A stretch of DNA of 22,972 nt. Origin: Candidatus Eiseniibacteriota bacterium. GTDB taxonomy: Bacteria > Eisenbacteria > RBG-16-71-46 > CAZAMP01. Shown one piece after another: positions 17,559 to 22,972 of this stretch. A program made the position numbers and the translations under genes. Where the stretch lies: the NCBI GenBank assembly GCA_965224245.1, contig CBDCYW010000009.1, positions 1 through 22,972 of the forward strand, read 5' to 3'. Each line of letters opens with the position of its first letter. The stretch's first letter is position 1. The notes beneath the pieces are model-generated. The model worked only from the letters and a program-made list of their open reading frames with translations. It searched no databases and was not told the origin of the DNA.

Positions 17559-17590
17559 ACATCACCGCTCGCCGCCCCGCTCCAGTCAAC
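17559..17590 (-). promoter_or_regulatory. Element motif copy 2: GTTGA-N15-GAGCG-GT-GATGT
   Basis: Points toward the tyrosine recombinase leader. Confidence 0.65.
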
Positions 17591-17621
17591 CGAGAAAGCC
17601 TGAGTTAACCCATTGCCATTG

Positions 17622-17653
17622 CTTGACTTAACTCGGAGCCAGAGCGGTCATGT
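17622..17653 (+). promoter_or_regulatory. Element motif copy 3: CTTGA-N15-GAGCG-GT-CATGT
   Basis: 52 nt upstream of ATG 17706; back-to-back with copy 2. Confidence 0.65.
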
Positions 17654-17705
17654 GTCGCACTGGCGCGCAATCCGCAGCGCCTGCGACACAGGCGAGGAGG
17701 TCGAC

Positions 17706-18317
17706 ATGGCGACGACGAAGAAGAAGGCTCCGAGGAAGACAGCGGCGAAGGCGACCAAGGGCGGCACCGGGGCCAAGTCAGGCCGCGCGGCGAGGGCACG
17801 GGCGAAGAAGGCCCCCGGGGCCGCGCCCGCGAAGAAGAAGCGCACACGGGCCGCGACTGGCGGCGACGGCGGCGCCCCTGACCTGGACGCGCTCCGCGCC
17901 ACCGTCGTCGAGGCCGAACGCGCCGTCCGCGACATGGAGGCCGAGGCCGCCAAGCTCCACGCGGAGGCCAACGGCATCGTGGCCGACGCCAAGGCGCGCT
18001 TCCGCGACGTGCTGGCCCCGTACCGCGACGCGTGCAAGAAGGCCCGTGTCCGCTGCGAGTTCACCGGCGGGCGCGCCACCAACGTCTCCGAGCGCGTGAC
18101 GTTCCTCGTCGAGAAGAGCGGCAAGAGCGTGAAGGTCGCGATCAAGGGTCGGCCGGACACCGAGGAGGTACTGAACCCCGACTTGATCAAGGTCTCGATC
18201 AACAAGGCGGCGCTCGATTACACCGATCGGCATCTCGGGCCTCGCGAGGTCGTCGGGAACAAGTCGGGGTCGTTGGCGAATCGACTACGGGCGGTGCTCA
18301 AGAAGAAAGCGCACTGA
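17706..18317 (+). CDS. Hypothetical basic protein with Lys/Ala-rich (histone H1-like) N-terminus and coiled coil
   Basis: RBS GAGGAGG; MATTKKKAPRKTAAKATK...AKKAPGAAPAKKKR; strongly GC-biased third codon positions. Confidence 0.82.
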   Translation: MATTKKKAPRKTAAKATKGGTGAKSGRAARARAKKAPGAAPAKKKRTRAATGGDGGAPDLDALRATVVEAERAVRDMEAEAAKLHAEANGIVADAKARFRDVLAPYRDACKKARVRCEFTGGRATNVSERVTFLVEKSGKSVKVAIKGRPDTEEVLNPDLIKVSINKAALDYTDRHLGPREVVGNKSGSLANRLRAVLKKKAH

Positions 18318-18322
18318 GCGGC

Positions 18323-18390
18323 CCGTCGCCGGGCGGTCTCACCTGCTGGACGTCGACGCCTTTTCACGGCGCGCAGTTTTCGGACACGAC
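18323..18390 (+). repeat. Degenerate repeat shared with 3707-3777; candidate element end
   Basis: 28/33 core identity with 3732-3764, followed by AGTTTTCGGACACGAC, which resembles AGTTTTCGGCATCGAC at about 516-531. Confidence 0.65.
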
Positions 18391-18540
18391 GAACTCGACG
18401 AGTCTCATAACGCTTGATGTGAAGCATGCAGGGGCTCGTAGTGCGGGGAGTCCGCACGCTGCGGGCGACGTGGCGGGAGCTGGAAACGGAGTCAATGGAC
18501 CACCGCCGCCAGGTCTCGACCCTGACCCGCCATGCGGTCA

Positions 18541-19839
18541 TCAACGCGCCAACTGAACGTACTTACCGGTCCGTCGCCCATGGCGATCCGCCTCGAGGGT
18601 CCAAAAGTACACTCCGGCACCGAGATCGAACGTGAACCCGCTCGCCTCGCTAGCGGAAGCACTCTCTTTGTGTGCGACCTCCCGACCAGCTAGGTCGAAC
18701 ACCGTCGCGCGGACTCGCTCACCAGCAGCCAGCCCTTCGACAACCAGGTTCAGGTGATTGCAAGGTGTCGTGGCGTGCACGTTCCAATCTGGTTGGGGGA
18801 CGTCGTTGTTGACCCCGACCTCGGCCGACACATCTAGTCGATACACACCGAAGCCACCACCCAGAGCCGCGTAGAAGACTCCCTCTGAATAGCGGTCGCT
18901 CGCGATGTCGTAGACGGTGTCAGCGTCGGGCGGGAGCCCCATTATGGCCGCGTCCCAGGTCTGGCCGTCGTCACGACTCAGATAGATCGGTGACTCGATC
19001 CCGGGCGTGGACAGGTCGCCCACGACCACATCACCGCCTGTCGCAGCCACGGCAAATGCATAGATGGGTTCCGGCAGGGTGATCGAGTCCCATGACTCAC
19101 CGTCGTCGGTTGTTCGAAACAACCCGCCACCACAACTTGGAGATTGCCCCACGAAGACGCTTCCGCTCGAGTAATCGATCGAGAGCCTCCCGACCGCTCC
19201 CGTGGCGCATTGAACCGAAGTGTCCCACCCCTCACCGTCAGCGGAATAGGTCACACCACCACGGAACAGATCGGAACCCCATGTCGCCCACAGCGAGCCG
19301 GTCATCTCGTCAATCTGTATCGTGAAGTACCTGGCGCCTGTCGTCGCGACGCCCCAGGATTCCCCATCGTCCACACTTCTGAACACCGCGTCATCGGTCG
19401 CCAGGTACAGAACCGCCGGGTCGGTCACGGACACCGCAACACCGCCGGCGAACGAGCCCGTCGCATCGTGCGTGATGTCTTGCCACGTGGATCCGTCGTC
19501 TTCGGAGCGAAAGACGAGTGCCCCCCCCAACTCGGGGAAGCGGAGCGTCACATAGAGACGGCCCGTCGACGGGTCGATTGTGACGGCCGACAATGCTGTG
19601 TCCTCAAATGCCACCGACTGCCAGTTTGGCTCGGACGAGCGAATGTCCAAACTCCACAGTCCTCGGCCGGCGGATCCACTGGCATCCTGGACACACGCAA
19701 AGAGAGTCGATTCCGCCACGGCAAGGGAGAACGGCGTCAGACCCGACAATCCGGCTGACTCCCACACCGGGTCCGAATGGCCCGGTTGGGCGACCACGAG
19801 CCCAACAAGAATGCTTACCACGATACTCTTTGTACGCAT
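18541..19839 (-). CDS. Secreted BNR/Asp-box beta-propeller protein with C-terminal secretion-tail-like domain
   Basis: Signal peptide; RSEDDGSTW, RSVDDGESW, RTTDDGESW, LSRDDGQTW; C-terminal VFDLAGREV...GAGVYF. Confidence 0.9.
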   Translation of the reverse strand: MRTKSIVVSILVGLVVAQPGHSDPVWESAGLSGLTPFSLAVAESTLFACVQDASGSAGRGLWSLDIRSSEPNWQSVAFEDTALSAVTIDPSTGRLYVTLRFPELGGALVFRSEDDGSTWQDITHDATGSFAGGVAVSVTDPAVLYLATDDAVFRSVDDGESWGVATTGARYFTIQIDEMTGSLWATWGSDLFRGGVTYSADGEGWDTSVQCATGAVGRLSIDYSSGSVFVGQSPSCGGGLFRTTDDGESWDSITLPEPIYAFAVAATGGDVVVGDLSTPGIESPIYLSRDDGQTWDAAIMGLPPDADTVYDIASDRYSEGVFYAALGGGFGVYRLDVSAEVGVNNDVPQPDWNVHATTPCNHLNLVVEGLAAGERVRATVFDLAGREVAHKESASASEASGFTFDLGAGVYFWTLEADRHGRRTGKYVQLAR

Positions 19840-19872
19840 AGGGAGCCCCCAGCTTGGCGTCTCAGCCCCTCA

Positions 19873-22800
19873 TCACAAACGCAGGACAGCAAGGGTTCGC
19901 GGCCCACCACTCAGCCCCTCAACTCTGGCAAGGTACCGCCCGGACGGAGCAAACGAACCAGAGGGGGTGCGACCATCCCAGACTATCGTACCTCGTCCTG
20001 CGGACAGAAGGACATCGCTCGATTTCCAAACGCGACGGCCGGCTACATCGAAGATCGCGACTGACACACGCCGCTGATCACGCAGCACAAACTCCAGCGA
20101 AACTCCGCCGCCTTCCCTTATCGAGCACCACGCACGATCGGTACGACTAAGCACAACGGGACCTTCGTGCAAGCGCGGCTGGGTTACCGGTGTCACGTAT
20201 GAGTAGACCCACGCCAACTCTATGGCAGCAACCGAGTCCGGGTGCTGAGGGTACCAACCGAGAAACACCGACTTTGTCGAGTCCTCCCAGACCCTGTAGA
20301 CGGTACCCGAGAGTGTACATCCACTAGTGGTCACACCACTCACACCTGCGGTGTTTGTTGTCCAGTTCAGATCGAGAGAGTCGGTATTGGGCCATGTAGG
20401 GCACCAGCGAGTGGTCCATACCCAGTCTGATGGAGCCGTCGAACCAAGAAACGACTCGAACGAGACCTCTTTCGAGAGAGACCACCACGTCGTTATCCAC
20501 TTCCGACGACTCCGTCTCGTCATCGTTGTAGTCGACGAAGACCGATGCAGTGCACTGCTCGGGCTCTACCGCGAAGGGTCCAGCGAACACCGTATCGACC
20601 TCGCCCGGATTCAGCGGCCCGATCGCCTGTGTGTCACCCCAGAAGCCGACGCACCCCTCGATCTCGATGCGGACGTCGAAGGTGCCCGAGGTGAGGTTGC
20701 CATCGTTGACCACGATGGCACCGATGCGAAGACTGTCGGGGTCATCTGCCCAGGCTGCCGCCGAGTCGGGGAGGCAGACGAAGCCGATCGGGGCGAGGTT
20801 CGGGAGAGCGGGGCCGCATCCTTGGCCGAGGGCACCGATGAGGCCGCAGTCGTAGCCGTCGGGGTGGTTGCCGGGGAGCGCCGGCGATGTCTCAGCGAGG
20901 CTGTAGAAGTCGTCATCGGGATCACAGAACTGTGGCTCTGCGCGGATGTTTCCGTCGAACCCGGTCGGGTCAGTGACGCCGTCGTAGTCGACCTCGTTCG
21001 CGTAGACAAGGTTGCAGCTCAGGCTGGTGAGATCGCTCGGGTCAATGTTGACGTCGATGCCCGTGGGGCAGCCGAAGACGAGATTGTTGTCAATTGACGC
21101 GGTGACTACGCCGGTCGCCGAGACATGTAGCCCGCCGCCGACGACCGTGTTGTTGGACGCGTTGATTACGCCCGAGTACTCATCGATCGTCAGACTGATA
21201 CTTAATCCGGCGTACGCGAGGTTGTTTGAGACGCTCCCCCCCGAATTCCAGCCGTCAGCGGATGCGCCTCCTCGAAGCACGTTTCCCGACAAACCGACGC
21301 TGCCAAACGCATTTGAATAGGCGCCAGCTTGTCCACCAATCTCGCAGCCATAAATACTCGCAGAGGAATAATCCCCGCTGCTAACTCCGACATCGCCCGC
21401 GACGACACAAGCGCCCACGCTTGCGCTGCCGTCGTACGTGCGGAGGTTAACTGAGCCCGTGACAGTGCAGCCGGAAACTGCCACGCTACCTTCCAATAGG
21501 GTCGCCTGGCATTCACCAAGAGTGCTGCCCGAGATCTCGACGAAACTCGAATAGTCCCCACCTCCGGAGACACGGATATCGTCGACATGCGAGCTTTTGA
21601 CACGCACCTCGGAGTTCACGAAGTCGACATCCACTCGTTCAACGACGCAGTCACGAACCGTCAGATCCCACAGATTGTAGCCCACGATCTCTTGGGTGAT
21701 GACGTCTACGACGGAGCCACCGTTGGCTCGCGGAGCTCCCGTATCTACATGGTGAACGTGATCGATCCAGGTAGTCTCCGCGCCGCTCCCGATCAGGTGG
21801 ACGACCTTCGTATCGACGACGACACCCGCGAAGGTGCCTGGGGCGACTCGCACCGTATCTTCAACCTCTTCTTCGATCGATGCGTAGTCGACCGCTAGCT
21901 GGATCGTCGGGAACTCTGCCGGCACCCAGTGGGTCCCATCCTGGATATCGCCCCAGCGTGCTACGAAGGCCGACGGCGCGACCCCGGCGGTACTGAAACG
22001 TCCGCCGAGGTATAGATCCTCTCCAGCGATGGTCAGAGACAGCACTTCATCGTCCGCGCCAGTTCCCAACGTGCGCCACTCCGAGCCATCCCAAGCTGCC
22101 GTGCGGTTGGATGGAGCCCCATCGACGCTCACGAAGGCTCCGCCCGCGACCAGGTACCCGTTGTAGCTCGCCAGCGCGAACAACTCGTCGTCAGTGCCAC
22201 CGCCGAGCGACGACCAGGCGGCCCCATCCCACAGCGCGACACGTGACGCCCCGACACCGCCGGCCGTCTCGAAGCCGCCGCCAACCGCCAGCGACCCGTT
22301 CCAGACCGCCAGTGCTCGTACGCGCGCCGACATGCCTCCCGCCATCGACTGCCATGCGGCTCCGTCCCATCGCGCGACGTGATTGACGAGCACGCCACCC
22401 GCGTTGTCGAAGAGCCCGCCCGCGATGAGGTCGCCGTCGTAGACCGCAAGCGCTTCCACCCGCGAGTCCATCCCGACACCGATCTCGTTCCAGGCAATGC
22501 CGTCCCACCGCGCGATGTAGCTCGCTGGAGCTCCGCCAGCATTCAGGAAGTGACCGCCGACGATGAGGTCGCCCTCGAACTCGACGATGGCCTTCACGGT
22601 CGCGTCCACGCCGAGACCGAGCGCGGACCATGTCGCTCCATCCCATACGGCGACATTGCTTGCAGGCACGCCGCCGGCCGACGTGAACGCGCCACCGATC
22701 ACGAGCTGACCGTTCCAAGTTCCGAGTGCGGCGACGGCACCATCGGGACCGGAGCCGAAGGCGAGCCAGTCGCCACCCGTCCACTGCGCGAGATAGTTCA

Positions 22801-22972
22801 CCGCAAGATCGCCCGCCATCGTGAAGTCGCCGCCCACGACGAGCTGACCGCCGTACTCGGTCATCGCGAGGACCTTGTCGTTGAGCCCTTCACCAGCGGG
22901 AGGAGGTGCCGAAGCCATCGAACCAGTGGATGTCGTCGTCGGAGGCGAGTGCGATGGCAGGTAGAAGAAGCA
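19873..22972 (-). CDS. Large secreted protein (repeat beta-propeller, right-handed beta-helix, CARDB-like, FlgD-Ig) with two apparent frameshifts; start lies outside the window
   Basis: About 46-aa V.AL..Y.G.L..GG.F..AGG......A.WDG..W repeats, VPAEFPTIQLAVD, and VDYNDDETESSEVDN in ORF 20324-22918. The FlgD-type tail FDVAGRRV...WDGR...SGRY is in ORF 19873-20523. The signal-peptide end LLLPAIALA is in another frame above about 22910. Confidence 0.8.

Larger units (their letters stand above)
11112..18390. mobile_element. Left-truncated integrative element (PolA / DUF2924 / large serine recombinase module, cargo, tyrosine recombinase module)
   Basis: Coupled operon at 11112-15222. A shared upstream motif links it to 16784-18317. 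The right boundary is inferred from the repeat at 18323-18390; att sites were not identified. Confidence 0.6.

Overview
A GC-rich accessory region whose secreted-protein types (FlgD-Ig C-termini, an 'SW..IK..F/Y' C-terminal motif) suggest, by inference, an FCB-associated candidate phylum such as Eisenbacteria, Krumholzibacteriota or Latescibacterota. It has three layers. (1) Secreted-protein genes: a CxxC/His-tail protein, an FG-GAP protein, an Asp-box propeller protein, a large propeller/beta-helix/CARDB protein, and two IS-truncated genes sharing a C-terminal motif. (2) A dense IS pile-up: two near-identical inverted IS256 copies, two decayed rve-type transposases, a partial IS66 and a complete IS3 with a -1 frameshift signal. 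(3) A left-truncated integrative element (about 11112-18390) with a family A DNA polymerase (Leu762 type), an HTH protein, a small ORF, DUF2924, a large serine recombinase and its partner ORF, cargo (hemolysin III/TrhA, YecA/SEC-C), a catalytic-domain-only tyrosine recombinase with a structured leader, and a divergent histone-H1-like protein. The strongest unexplained signal is a fixed-spacing motif, TTGA-N15-GAGCG-NN-SATGT, found three times, each upstream of a core element gene. Several 1-2 bp indels may be assembly errors. No CRISPR array, rRNA or tRNA gene was seen.
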